Assembly: GCA_964016885.1 (NCBI GenBank)
Contig: OZ024744.1
Coordinates: 80,414,001 to 80,478,000 of the forward strand
Source of the DNA: Eledone cirrhosa
Lineage: Eukaryota
Length of the DNA stretch: 64,000 nucleotides
Reading direction: 5' to 3'
The stretch's first letter is position 1. Each line of letters begins with the position of its first letter. A program made the position numbers and the translations under genes. Shown here in pieces: positions 1 through 12,388 of the stretch. The notes under the pieces are model-generated. The model did no database searches, had not been told where the DNA came from, and saw nothing but the letters and a program-made list of their open reading frames with translations.

Positions 1-10
1 CTCAGATTAC

Positions 11-16
<6 letters not shown>

Positions 17-107
<91 letters not shown>
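17..107. repeat. (CA)n/(TA)n compound microsatellite
   Basis: Directly visible dinucleotide runs; a similar (TG)/(TA) run lies at ~640-700. Confidence 0.95.
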
Positions 108-109
<2 letters not shown>

Positions 110-647
110 TTCAAGAGTAACCGATCTTAAAGAGAGAGATGGAGATAGGAGAGGAGATAGGAGAGGAGAGATTGGTGAATTAGTTAGAAGCCGAAGCGTA
201 AAGGCATGTGCTCAATGTGCAATATGCAGTAGAAAGCAGCTAGGTGGCTGGGTTCATGCAGAGGTTAGGTGCGCAGAGCTGGAAATATTCATTAGTTAAG
301 CAAAGCAAGACCACAAACTTCACATGGAAGACATTATTAAAAGATTGTCAACATATTTTAGTTTGATGTAAGGAATGTAGAGAATAATAATAATAATATT
401 AATAATAATAATGTCCGTTTACAATTGTTTCGCTACTCCATATAATATTTCTGGATCAAATGACTATATATCATTATTGATCTGGTTCAGTTGAAAATAA
501 TTAACATATTTAAAACAGAGCGGCTCATCGGAACTTCAAAGGAATATAAATTAAAATAAGGAGAGAATGTTACATAATGTAATGTTCCATATATTGGTAT
601 GCGTGAGTTTGCGTGCGTTTGAGCGTTTGCGTGCGTGAGTGTGTGTG

Positions 648-704
<57 letters not shown>

Positions 705-708
705 TTAA

Positions 709-1948
709 GGGAAGACTTTTGTCATACGGTTTCTCCTTGCCAAGGTTCGACAACACAGACACATAGCACTTGCTGTTGTGTCTTCCGGTATTGCAGCAAC
801 CTTGCTTCCTGGGGTCAGGACAGCACATTCAGCCTTCAAACTCCCCCTCAATATGACAGCAAATGACTCACCCTGCTGTAATATTACCAAAGGATCAGAA
901 AAGGCAGAACTGCTTAAAAGGGTGTGAACTTATAGTTTGGGACGAATGTACCATGGCTGATAAAGGAGCTTTGGAGGCACTGGACCGGACTTTAAGAGAC
1001 ATAAGAGACTCCCAGGATCCCATGGGAGGCGTGACTGTCCTTTTATCCCTGTTATTCCCAAAGGAACAAGGGCTGATGCTATTCGAGCATGCTTAAAGTC
1101 ATCTCCATTTTGGCGTTATGTCACAACATTAACGCTCTCTACGAACATGAAAGCTGGGATGCTTGGTGACCAAGTGTCATCAGATTTTGCTACCAACCTA
1201 TTGACACTTGGGAACGGCAAAGTGCCACTTGATGAAGATGAAAAAATCTCCCTGGAACCGGTCTGCACTTTAGTCGACAGTGTTGACGACTTGACAGATG
1301 CAGTATTCCCTGAGATGAGCACTAACTACCAAAATCCAAACTGGCTGTGCGAAAGGGCAATACTGACTCCGAAAAATGAGACTGTCGACAAAATCAACGG
1401 ACAACTGCTTATGTCTCTTCCTACAGCTTCGTGTACATACAAGTCCATCGATACAGTCACAGAATCCCATTAACTACCCAATTGAGTTTCTTAACTCATT
1501 GAACCCCTTCGGGTTGCCATCTCATCGATTGGAACTTAAGCAGGGATGCCCAATTATGCTTTTGAGGAATCTACACCCACCAAAACTCTGCAACGGCACC
1601 CGCCTTACAATAAATAAACTAACGCAAAACTTGATCGAGGCGACTAGTCTCTCGGGGTGTGGAAAGGGGGAAAATGTTTTTATCCCAAGGATTCCCCTTT
1701 GTCCGTCAACATCAGAGATCCCCTTTTCATTTAGGCGGCTCCAGTTTCCAGTTCGTTCTAGTTTCGCTATGACGATAAATAAGTCTCAGGGGCAAACATT
1801 GTCCGTCGCGGGAATAAACCTAGAAGAGCCATGCTTTTCGCACGGTCAGCTATACGTTGGATGTTCCAGAGTGGGAATCAAAAGAAACATTTATGTATTT
1901 GCTCCAAACGGTAAAACCACAAACATTGTGTACTAAGAAGTTCTGTAA
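709..1948 (+). pseudogene. Helitron PIF1-like helicase, frameshifted
   Basis: GKTF (709-720), [59 protein letters not shown] and [13 protein letters not shown] are spread over several frames. The end reads VY*EVL (premature stop). Confidence 0.9.
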
Positions 1949-1999
1949 TCAACACTGCGACACAAACCGTCTTCTAACAATCAAATACCTCGCTGCTTT

Positions 2000-2690
2000 C
2001 AATAATTACCAAATTGTAGACATACTGCCTCTTTGAAATTCATAACACCATACTTTTCGACTGTAAACGTTGTGACCACTTTGAGCTGCACGGTATTGAA
2101 ATGCACGCCCCCCTCTGGCTGGTTGAGCCAGTTTTCCATGGATTCGCCAGCGCGTGCAGCAGACGTTGATTCACATGTCTTTGCTGCCGCAGTTGACGCT
2201 GTGTTTCTGTTGATACAGGTCAAACAGCAGACGTTGATCTCAGTTCTTTGCTGCCGCAGTTCACGCTGTGTTTCGGTTGATGCAGCTCGAGCTGCGGAAG
2301 TTGACTTCCATTTTTTGTTGCCGCAGTTGACGCTTTGTTTCGGTTGATGCAGCTCGAACTGCGGAAGTTGCCTCAGCATTTCTATGCCGCCATAATGAAC
2401 GCTGTGGTTCGTTCTCTGCATCTCCTGCAATAGACGTTGCCTCAATATTTGCTTTCTGTCGCTGTGAGTGTTGAGAATCGTTTTCTGCACCTCAAGCAGC
2501 AGCAGTAGCCTCAGCATTTATTTGCTGTCGCATCGAACGTTGTGTTTCGTTTTCTGCATCTCGTGCAATAGAAGTTGCTTCAGCATTTTTCTTTTGGCGT
2601 AATAATCGCTATTCGTTATTCTCTGTTACTTTTGCAATCGAGGTTGGTGCAGAATTTGTGTTGAGGAATTTTGAGCGTCCTTCATGTTTG
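2000..2690 (-). pseudogene. Inverted Helitron Rep/Hel N-terminal repeat segment
   Basis: The minus strand encodes repeated STSAARAA-ETQRELRQQ-type motifs and RAFQY, resembling the N-terminal ORF 49306-50052 (RAAES..RTARL repeats, RAFKY). Confidence 0.5.
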
Positions 2691-3211
2691 GTCTATGTCA
2701 CTGCAATCAGTCTAAGGAAAGCAACGTCACAGTTTCTATTGGCTGCCACAACTATACAGAATGGTAAGCATTTCAAACTACATAAATCATTAGAATACCT
2801 ACATATATGCAATGCATAACGAAAAATGTACATGTTTCTACTGTAGCAAACGGATGGCACCCCCCTCATTTGTACCTTTCACTCAAAGTCATCATACATT
2901 ATCTCCGTCATCCCGTAACGACTTCAGTCCCTGAATTGCCAAACATCCCACATTATTGTCATAAATTCCATGTGACTCACTTTTGGGCTGCTGACTTCCT
3001 TGTGGCATAGTTCGCGTTTGGAGCTCCACCGCGTCAACCTCACACTTTTACACTCATTTACCTTTCATATGCCATAACATTTTATCGTTTTTACATCGAA
3101 CTTATGGTTAAAATAAATGTTTTTTTGGGGTTCGTGCTACGTTGTTTTCTCTTTAAAAAATTATTTACTAATGGTAGACTTACACCCGGGCAACGCCGAG
3201 TATGGCTGCTA

Positions 3212-3244
<33 letters not shown>

Positions 3245-3247
<3 letters not shown>

Positions 3248-4210
3248 AACAGAAATAACAACACAATCGGCACAATATATGGACGGAATATATTTGTTTC
3301 ATGCGCGCTCGCGCACAGACACACACACATATATGTAGATTTTCTGAGCCCACACATGTCCCAAAGCTTTTTGGAGCTGGGACTCTGATGCCCGCTCCAC
3401 TCGGCGTGATTTTGTGCTAATTGTACGGTTTCATACCGTACATAGCCGCCGTTATTGCATGGTGCTTGATTGAGGAGTGGGGCTGATCCTGTAACCATTT
3501 TTCTTCACCATTCGCCTGACTTCATTAAGTTGTTCCTGGCTTACCTCAATCGTTTCGTCCTTGTTCGCCGCTTTCGCAAGAGACATATTGGGTTTTGCGC
3601 TGATGTTGATGTTGTTGTTATTCTTATTGTTGCAGTTGTTGTTATTGTTATTTTTGTTATCACGAGATAAATTTTTTGTTTCAGTGGTGGTGGTGGTGAT
3701 AGTGGTGGTGATAGTGGTGGTGCTGGTATTAGTAGTGTTCGATTTACTCATCGACATTGTGGCGGTGGGGACGGCGGCTTTCACACAGGTAGACATTGGC
3801 AAAGGTGGAAAATCCACGTCTGCTGCACGGGGCAAACTTTGGTGACTGCTGCTGCTGCTGTTAGCGAAACTGTTATCCGTGTTGGCAATTGTAGTAAGGT
3901 TAACAATGGTGGTGGTAGTGTGAGAAGTGTTTAAGTTTGAGCAGAGCAGCTGTCACGTGACAGCTGGCTTAGTTTTGGGAGGCGTATGCCGTCCATATTT
4001 TTTTACAAAAGAAAATTGCTTTCTTTTGACAAAATAAAGTTCAAATTTAGGCTCAAGGCCTCAATATTATTGAGTGTCCTTTTCAGAAAGCAATATATAT
4101 GAACTTATCAACAGTTAACAACCAAAACTTTCGATAACTAGCAATTCAAAACAGTTTAGATCAACAAACATTTGGAGCGCACGATGACACGTTTTCACAA
4201 GTAAGTCGCC
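3245..4210 (-). mobile_element. 5' UTR and partial ORF1 of a Tx1/L1-like LINE (3' truncated)
   Basis: ORF 3452-3835 (SLAKAA..EVSQEQLNEVRRMVKKNGYRIS) resembles ORF1 at 57156 (SFARVA..QVTQEELEEAKKMVKKDGYRVS). The 5' end ggcgacttac..tcatcgtgcgctcc matches 56767 onward. Confidence 0.8.
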
Positions 4211-4230
4211 AATAATAATAATAATTATTA

Positions 4231-4897
4231 TTTGGAAGTATCAGTAGAGAGTCGGACGCCATGCTTTCCAGCATAGTTACGTCCCTTTACGGTCTGAGTT
4301 CAAATCCCGCCGAGGTTAACTTTGCCTTTCATCTTTACGGGGTCGATAAAATAAAGTACCAGTAATGCACTGGGTAATTGCTGGCCTGGTGCCTAAAGTA
4401 GAAACAATTATTATTACTATTATTATTATTATTATTATTATTATTGTTATTATTATTATTATTATTATTAGGGCAGTGGATTAGCAGTATAGGTAGAGCG
4501 TCGGACACTATGATTTGGAGCATAAAGTTATGGCCCTTTACGATCTAAGTTCAAATCCACCCGAGGTCAGCTTTTTCTTTCATACATATGAGGTCGGTAA
4601 AATATAGCACTGGAGCCGATTTAATCGGTTTTCCCCTTCTCTAATATTGTTGGCCTTGTGTCCATAGTAGATATTATTATTATTATTATTATTATTATTG
4701 TGGATTGGCAGTATCAGTAGAGAGTCGGACGCCATGCTCTCCAGCATAGTTACGTCCCTTTACAATCTGAGTTCAAATCCCGCCGAGGTTGACTTTGCCT
4801 TTCATCCTTACGGGGTCGATAAAATAAAGTACCAGTAATGCACTAGCTAATTGCTGGCCTTGTGCCTAAAGTACAAACAATTATTATTATTATTATT
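4231..4897 (+). mobile_element. Three head-to-tail tRNA-derived SINEs with (TTA)n tails (~4231-4470, 4471-4698, 4699-4897)
   Basis: A-box-like tggcagtatcagtagag, B-box gagttcaaatcc, conserved body ctttcatcct..ggggtcgataaaataaagtaccag, and TTA tails. Confidence 0.85.
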
Positions 4898-5312
4898 TTG
4901 TGATCTGAATAACCGACCTAGATAAAATGCGCCGGTTAAGACCTGGTTACTAGAATCTGAACATGTCGTTTCCGGTACGTAAAGTTTACAGGGACCGGGT
5001 TAACAATTTAGTTAAACAAAATTTGCCAGAGGAATTCGTCAGCAACAGGTGGTGGTTGTGAGCTCTCAAAATAGAGATTAGAGTACTTTCGATAGGTTAG
5101 CAAAGAAGTAACGTTAGAGAAGAATAGAAAGGAGGGGGAGCTGATAGCTAAGTTAGACGAGGCAATTTGTAGTGGCATTGCAACTGACGTGCTAGCGGCA
5201 AGAATGGCATTAGACCATTTCTTCAATGCGAAACAAGAAGGTTGCATTGTCAGAGCTAAGGCGCGTGATCTAAGAAACGAGGGATCCAAAGCTGTTCGAT
5301 GGATCCGCGAAA
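4896..5312 (+). mobile_element. Degenerate LINE ORF2 fragment (same family as 56767-62614)
   Basis: Aligns by eye to ~59650-60060 (DLD..R.PGYW.LN; ATDVLAA..ALD.FFNAK.EG); contains stops. Confidence 0.8.
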
Positions 5313-5759
5313 AAGAGTAAAAGGTCTGCTACATCGTTAACCTGCACGGATTGCTGCTTCGGGGTCTCTCTATCTGCTGGATTCCCTAAGCACTTGTATT
5401 TATAATAACCCTATAGCAAGCAGGATATATATATGGGTTGATTTATGAGTAGCCATGTGTGTTTCATCTGTCAAGAAGCTGGGGTCTCTGGTCAAGTGGT
5501 ATGTACGTTTATCATACTTGTCTCTTAACAGGACAATGGTGGGAAACTCCCAACAATAGGTGGTTCTAGAGGCGAGAACCCTCAGATTCGGTTTCGAATC
5601 TTCGCCAGGTAAAACATAGGAAAATTCCGTTACACGACGTTCCAAGAGCATTTATTAAAGCCTGGCGAAGCCTATCGTTTTCTCCAGGTTTGAACACAGA
5701 TGATTTCTTCCAGAGAAGGAAACAAAGTGATAGAGGAAGTGAGGAAAAATCGAGCCCCC

Positions 5760-5870
5760 ACCCCCAGTTACTGGACCGGAGCTTTATTTATTTATTTATT
5801 TTTTATCAACCTCGAAAGGATGGCAGGCAAAGTTGATCTCAGTGGCATTTGAACTCAGGGCACAGAGATC
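5760..5870 (-). mobile_element. Diverged SINE fragment
   Basis: Reverse complement of the SINE body and B-box (ttttatcaacctcgaaaggatg..aaagttga..tttgaactcag). Confidence 0.6.
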
Positions 5871-5930
5871 TGAAAATCTCAGCAATATAATATAAATTAA
5901 TGGTGGTGGATTGGTAGTATCAGTATCGGT

Positions 5931-5963
<33 letters not shown>

Positions 5964-6463
5964 AGAGACTTTTTTTCATCAGACTCTAAAAGCTAAGAGC
6001 CAGAACGAACACTGCAAATCATTCTATCAAGTCTTGTAACAACTCTGCCAATTCGCTGTCTTGACTTTGACTATATACTAAAAGACAATCAGCTTCCTTC
6101 CACGAACGGTTCTGCTATATTCATAAGCCGTCTCTTCTACAAAGCCTAACTACTAATTTTAATATTTACCATTATAGAAAATAGCTATTTTCCTCCTTCT
6201 CTGCCCCTTCCTCGCGTCATCGTCATCGCCGCCGCCGCCGTCGAGAAAGGTCCGATCAGATGACCGTGTCTTGCTCACACAGAAACGTTTCTGGCTTGCT
6301 TTTTACGGCTGGATGCCCTTCCTAACCCCAATCACATTTTACAATGTGAACTATATGTTTTTTATCGTAGCACCAAAACGATCACTTTACAGCGGTGAGT
6401 GTATGCTTTTTGTTGTGATAGCAGGTGACCTAGGTGGGATAAGAACATAAAATGTAATGAGCC

Positions 6464-6588
6464 TGTAGCGGATAATTGATATTCTTTGTATGGTAGTTTG
6501 ATGAAAAGAATAATGTCAGGATTGTGTTGTTAACAATGTTTATTTTACAATAACAATATTCAATTTGAACATCGAGTAATAACATTTA
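6464..6588 (-). repeat. Diverged inverted copy of the 130-bp LTR-end sequence
   Basis: tgtagcggata..aagaataatgtcaggattgtgttgttaacaatgtttattttacaataacaatattcaatttgaa is the approximate reverse complement of 8224-8353. Confidence 0.8.
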
Positions 6589-7252
6589 TGGCATGAATTA
6601 TCACTACATTGATTAACCGACTCTACCTTCTACGAGCTAGCGTAAATGCATGTATCACAGAAAACGATATAGTAAAAGTTGTATAGGAGTATTCCGTTAT
6701 AGTACCCCCTTCTAGTGAGAAAGCTAAGGATCGAACGATCTAGGTGTGTGTGAGGTTAAGATAGGTATGCCTTGACGTGCGGGGTCGGTCTCGATGTGTA
6801 ATTCGTATGATACTTTCCCAGTAAGTCGGGGAAGTTGTTGGCGAGTCCGTTGGAGAAACGGTGGGAACTGGTGGCAGGTCCTTTCCCAGTGAGTCGGGGA
6901 AGTGGCTGGATTGCAGTTTTATGCTATATGACGATGAGTGTGCAACGAGATGCGGAGCTGTGTGAATCCAGCTGAATTTAGCAATTCTCGTGTTGCGGCC
7001 TGTGTGCGTCCAGGTGAATTAAGCTGCATGTGTCGATAGCATGTTTCCGTACCGCAACCACGTGAAAAGTGATCTCGCAGAATAACAACACGAATCAAGA
7101 ACATGAAAAACGATCTCGCAGAATCTCCACAGGAATGAAGAACATACACTATAGTTAACAACATGTTGGTGTGCGACAAAGAAATGTGTGTGCATGCAGG
7201 CATATAATACAGCTTTTAAAAAAATGTGTGCATGCAGGCATATAATACACTG

Positions 7253-7614
7253 CCGTTATAGAACCCATCTTCCAGTGAGAAAGCTAAAGATCGAACGATC
7301 TAGGTGTATGTGAAATTAAGATAGGTATGACTAGGTGTGTTGTTGAAGAAAATCAGGAAAAAAAACCCATTAAAGTCATTTACAAACAAGCGAAATGAAA
7401 GAAAACATGCAAAGCAAAACAAATTTGCATGCAGGAAAATGTACTGTGATGTTACATGAAATTGAAAATGTTCATTTCGCCTGTTTGTAAATGACTTTAA
7501 TGTTTTTTTTCCTGATTTTCTTCATCAACACACCTAGTCATACGTATCTTAATTTCACATACACCTAGATCGTTCGATCTTTAGCTTTCTCACTGGAAGG
7601 AGGGTTCTATAACG
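7253..7614. repeat. Long inverted repeat (~145-bp arms, ~70-bp spacer)
   Basis: Arms ~7253-7398 and ~7471-7614 are near-perfect reverse complements. A diverged partial arm copy lies at ~6694-6770. Confidence 0.9.
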
Positions 7615-8406
7615 GTGGCGAAAATTCAAAACCGAATCTGAGCTTTCTCGCCTCTGGGACAAGCCGTGGTTAGTTGTTTACGCCCGGTAGACCAACCCCT
7701 TGGGATATGCTAAACACAGGTCAGATGTTGTTTACGCCTGGCAGAAAAGAGGTCAGATATATCCATCCTTCTAAATTCAACCGTTATAAATACAAGTATT
7801 GTTTACGCACGGCAGACCAACCCCTTGGGAGATGCTAACCAAAGGTCAGAAAATATATCTATCCTTCTAACTTCAACCCTTATAAATACAAGGGTTGTTT
7901 ACACCCGGCAGAAAAAGTGAGACTACAGACAAGACAGGTGGCATTTACACGCTCTCGTCACGAAAAAAACAGTCTGACCACTAATTTCTCACACGCATTT
8001 CCCGCTTGGCTGATTGAATCCTACTACTGCTAAAACAAGAAAGTATACTGATACGCACACACGCACACATAGTAAGTTCACACTGTTTGCATTTTTATAC
8101 GCCCCATTTCTGCCTGTCATATTGTATCTTTCAGATACAATACAAATTATATTATAATCGTATTCTGTGATACTTGTATTTACGTGGCTCGTAGAGCCAC
8201 CAACTTATTGTACGAATATTTCATGTTATAGATTTTATCATCCAATATTCAAATTAAATATTGTTATAATAAAATAAACATTGTAACAACACAATCCTGG
8301 TATTATTCTTTGCATTGAAACCATCATACCAACAATTCCATCTATCCGTTACAACTGGTGACCCCGTGAAACAGATACACAACCTTCTGATTACTCACTA
8401 CAAACC

Positions 8407-9165
8407 ATGTCTCTAACACACGACGATTCATCTACGGCAGAAATGGCAGTCCGGGCGGCGTTTACATTAAGGATACCATCATTCTGGGTGCACGATCCAA
8501 CACTGTGGTTCGCGCTCATCGAAGCGCAGTTCACATCGAACCGGATCGTTAGCGAGGCATCTGGTCTCACACATGTCATTGGTTCGATGTCTCCGGAGAT
8601 TATGAATGAGGTTCGAGACCTCATTTTAGGACCACCCGGCTCTGTGTCATATGACACATTTAAAACGACGTTAATTAAGAGGATGTCGGAGTCGCAGCAG
8701 AAGCGCTTGCACCAGTTCCTCATATCGGAGGAATTAGGAGATAAAATTTCGACGCAAATCCTACGAGAACATAAACTCCCGGATGAAATTTTCAAGCAAC
8801 TCTTCCTCCAGCGTTTGCCTTCTACCACACAAGTTGTCTTAGCGTCCACCAGGTAGTCCACCACCATTGAAGAACTCGCCGATAAGATAATCGAGGTACC
8901 ACATCCGCACTCAACTTTAGCGAATGTGACGCCAGCCCTGCCTTCCACCAATCCTTTCCTTCGGCCCTCCGGTGCCACAGAGATGCCCGATCTACACCAG
9001 TTACTGGCACAGCAAGCAACACAGATACAGGCTTTGACGCAACAAATTCAGGCCTTGTCACTGGGTAACCCTGCCATGCGTCGGTCTACCAGTCGAACTC
9101 GCCGATTTGGTGATCGCTCAAGAAGTCCGAGCGCATCCCATGATTCACCAGAAATGTGTTGGAGT
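8407..9165 (+). pseudogene. Gypsy gag (in-frame stop at 8854-8856)
   Basis: LRIPSFWVHDPTLWFALIEAQF, YDTFKTTLIKR, EELGD and LFLQRLP motifs, followed in frame by an RSRSPS-rich tail. Confidence 0.85.
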
Positions 9166-10748
9166 CAGCATCATCCCGGTTTCCTGCCTTCCTGGAAAAA
9201 GGAAAGAAACACCAGCCTGGCTCCATGCTGTGAATCATTCACCTATTCCGACCTAAGGAGAGCAGTCCCTGACACTAAATTTAGGACTACGCTGCACTTT
9301 CCAGTGGGTATTCGTTGTGGCTAAGCTGCCGATCACTATTTTAGGAGCTGATTTTCTTCAGCACTTCTCACTGCTAGTGGACCTGAAAAACCAACGACTC
9401 GTTGACAACTCCACTGGTCTCGCTGTGCGCAGCATAGCCGCTCGGACAGCCACATTCAATCCAGTTATTTCACGATCGGCAACAACAACCCGGCACAGCT
9501 ATATAATCAATAAATACCCAGACGTAGCTCGACCAGTATTCAACGACTGCCCTGTAAAACATGACGTCACCCACCACATAAAAACACACGGCCCACCTGT
9601 CGCTGCACGACCGTCTGAAGTCGGTCAGACAAGAATGTCAACACATGCTGGATCTCAGCATCATACGTCCGTCCAGCAGCAACTGGTCCTCACCCATACA
9701 TCGTCGAACGACTGGCGAATCTGTGGCGACTACCGTGCACTGAACAACTGCACCGTGCCTGACTCTTATCCAGTGCCTCATCTACAGGACTTCTCTAGCT
9801 CGCTGCACGGAGCTCGCATATTTTCGAAGATCGATCTTGTGCGAGCTTACAATCAGATACCTGTGGAGCCCGCTGATATTCCGAAGACCTCCGTCACAAC
9901 ACCCTTTGGAATGTTCGAATTCCTGCGCATGCCTTTCGGGTTGCGTAATGCAGCGCAGACATTCCAGCGATTCCTCTATACAGTCACCAGAGGTCTACCA
10001 TTTGTATACGCATACATCGATGACTTCCTGGAGGCCAGCGGCTCCGATGAAGAACATGAGAGGCACCTGGACCTGCTATTCGCACGTTTGCGTGAATGCG
10101 GAATTGTTATCAACCCCAGCAAGTGTGAGTTCGGAGTTGCGTCTCTTCATTTTCTGGGACACATCATTGATGAAGATGGCATTCGCCCACTTAAGGAGAA
10201 AGTCAAATCCATCATTGATTTTCCACAGCCCGCATCTCTCCGCAAACTGCGAGAATTTCTTGGCCTGGTGAACTTCTACAGAAGATTTAAACCCCACTGT
10301 GCAATCGCTCACAGATTTACTGCGGCAGCGTACAACCAAAAACGCGAACATCAATCTCAGCGAAAAAGAATGTACCGCTTTCGCTGAGTTGAAGAAAATG
10401 TTGTCCGAGTCTACAATGCTAAGTTCCCCCAAACCTGACGCCCCAATGTGTTTATTGACTGATGCATCCGATTTCGGAGTTGGAGGTGTGCTTCAACAAC
10501 TCTCTGGCGATATTTGGCGACCTGTATCTTTTTTCTCTAAGTGATTTAAACCCGCCGAAAATAAGTACAGCACATTCAGTCGTGAATTATTGGCAGCATA
10601 CCTTGCTGTCAAGCATTTTCGATACATGCTAGAAGGTCGTGTGTTCTCCATATACACCGACCACAAACCACTAGTGTACGCGTTCAACGCCAAGCCTGAC
10701 CGCCACTCACCCAGGGAGGTCCGACATCTGGACTTCATTTCTCAGTAC
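9165..10748 (+). pseudogene. Gypsy pol (protease remnant, RT, RNase H), disrupted
   Basis: [74 protein letters not shown] and YTDHKPL; frameshifts and stops present. Confidence 0.9.
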
Positions 10749-11530
10749 ATGTTATAGATTTTATCATTCAATATTCAAATTGAATATTGTTATAATAAAA
10801 TAAATATTGTAACAACACAATCCTGGTACTATTCTTTGCATTGAAACCATCATACCAACAAACCCATCTATCCGTTACAACTGAATTCCACTTATTCGTT
10901 ACAAACCTGTCTGAAAGTAACGATAAAATGGGAAGTGTAAGATCATGTACAATATATATGTTCGGCTATTTCACTACATCAGCTTGCCGAACAATTACAA
11001 TTTCTAGGAATTTCTCGTTGCTTATTTTTGTTCTTCTAGTTGCTATACAGGTTATGTACCATATTTACGAATGCTCGACTATCTCGACAATTTGCGAATA
11101 CTCACGTAAGTGTAAGTGTATGTATGTGTGTGTGTAAATATATATATATTGCGTTTCGCTAATTTCTACCGGCCGAAATGTGATTCTCGCTAAATTATAT
11201 TTATATATATCTATATATAGTAAGTAGCACACCCACAAACTGTAGCAGTTATCATTAAGTTCCGGGTTGACTTGGTCAGGCGATAAAAGTGACGCAATTA
11301 TCAAAACAGTCAGATTTTTCTTATTAAGTTGTTATCTACGACTCCTTCTGAGGACATTTAATTAGTAACCCATGACAATCGTTTTATATTAACTAATAGA
11401 ACGTGTTCTTTATTCTTGGGATATCAACTGAACTGAAGAGAAGAAACGTACCCCAATTACACAATCATTTCATTATTATCTTACTCCGTTTCTCATTCTA
11501 CTTAACTGTCAATAGATATTACATTCAACT

Positions 11531-12388
11531 ATGGATTACGCAGATGCACACCCTATTGCAGGTATATATTTTAATGAGAGAGACATTACACTACCTACTG
11601 CATGTAAAATGCCAGTTGATGGAAGTATTGAGTGTGGAAGTACCAGTTATGTTATGGATCCCAATAAAAGGAACCTAGCTTTAATAATCAATAATGAAGA
11701 ATTTGATAAATCGACTGGTTTGCTTGATCGACAAGGATCCGATAAAGATCAATCGGTTATGGAAACAGTATTGAAATCATTACATTTTGAAGTAATTACT
11801 CGAAAGAATTTATCAGAGAAACAAACTATACAAATCTTTGAAGATATAGCTTCGATGGATCACAGAAATGATAACTGCTTCGTTTGTATTATGTTGAGTC
11901 ACGGGGAAGAAGATAACCAGATATGGTGCACAGATAATAAGGTAAAACTTGACAGTTTAGTTGAAATGTTACTTCCTGATCGATGTCTGTCTTTAAAAGG
12001 TAAACCTAAACTATTTTTCATACAAGCCTGTCGAGGATCGAAACTGGATAGTGGTGAACTGCTTCACGATGCTGAAGTTAGTCAATGGAGTAAATATGAA
12101 AATATCAAATCTTACAATATACCTCAATGGGTAGACGTACTTATAGCTCAATCTACTGTCCCCGGATTTTTCTCCTGGAGAAATGAAACTACTGGATCCT
12201 GGTTTATACAATCGCTAGCCAAAGTTCTGCGTAAAGACGGAAGTCAACATGAACTGCAAAGACTAATGATTTCAGTAAATCGTATGGTAGCCTATGAATA
12301 TCAGTCTAATAATGTGGATTTGTATGGAATGAAACAGGTTCCATATATAGCGAACATGTTAACAAAAGAATTATACTTTTACAAGTAA
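11531..12388 (+). CDS. Effector-type (caspase-3/7-like) caspase, copy 1, catalytically canonical
   Basis: 285 aa, intronless. ALIINN, R-x-GS, LSHG (catalytic His), KPKLFFIQACRG (Cys codon 12029-12031), SWRN, GSWFIQ, KQVP..MLTK; short prodomain. Confidence 0.93.
   Translation: MDYADAHPIAGIYFNERDITLPTACKMPVDGSIECGSTSYVMDPNKRNLALIINNEEFDKSTGLLDRQGSDKDQSVMETVLKSLHFEVITRKNLSEKQTIQIFEDIASMDHRNDNCFVCIMLSHGEEDNQIWCTDNKVKLDSLVEMLLPDRCLSLKGKPKLFFIQACRGSKLDSGELLHDAEVSQWSKYENIKSYNIPQWVDVLIAQSTVPGFFSWRNETTGSWFIQSLAKVLRKDGSQHELQRLMISVNRMVAYEYQSNNVDLYGMKQVPYIANMLTKELYFYK

Larger units (their letters stand above)
709..3212 (+). mobile_element. Defective Helitron (5' part missing) with a PIF1 helicase remnant and an intact 3' terminus
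   Basis: PIF1 helicase motifs at 709-1948. The 3' end has the GC-rich hairpin cccgggcaacgccgag followed by CTAG (3209-3212) and then T of a (TA)n run. Confidence 0.8.
8224..10879 (+). mobile_element. Gypsy/Ty3 LTR retrotransposon (CsRn1-like), internally deleted
   Basis: 130-bp direct repeats TG..CA at 8224-8353 and 10750-10879. PBS tggtgaccccg (tRNA-Trp-like) at 8356. gag, protease remnant, RT and RNase H present; no integrase or PPT. Confidence 0.9.

Noticed and set aside
487-866. ORFs with YI, YVCM, N or L runs (also near 3091, 45769 and 50406)
   Set aside because: They are microsatellite translations.
4231-4320. SINE heads as tRNA genes
   Set aside because: Only A/B-box-like motifs are present; there is no cloverleaf and they continue into SINE body and tail.
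11403-11678. Conserved 91-aa ORF overlapping each caspase 5' end (also 13066 and 14730)
   Set aside because: It starts at GTG, has no recognisable domain, and is conserved only because the unit was duplicated recently.
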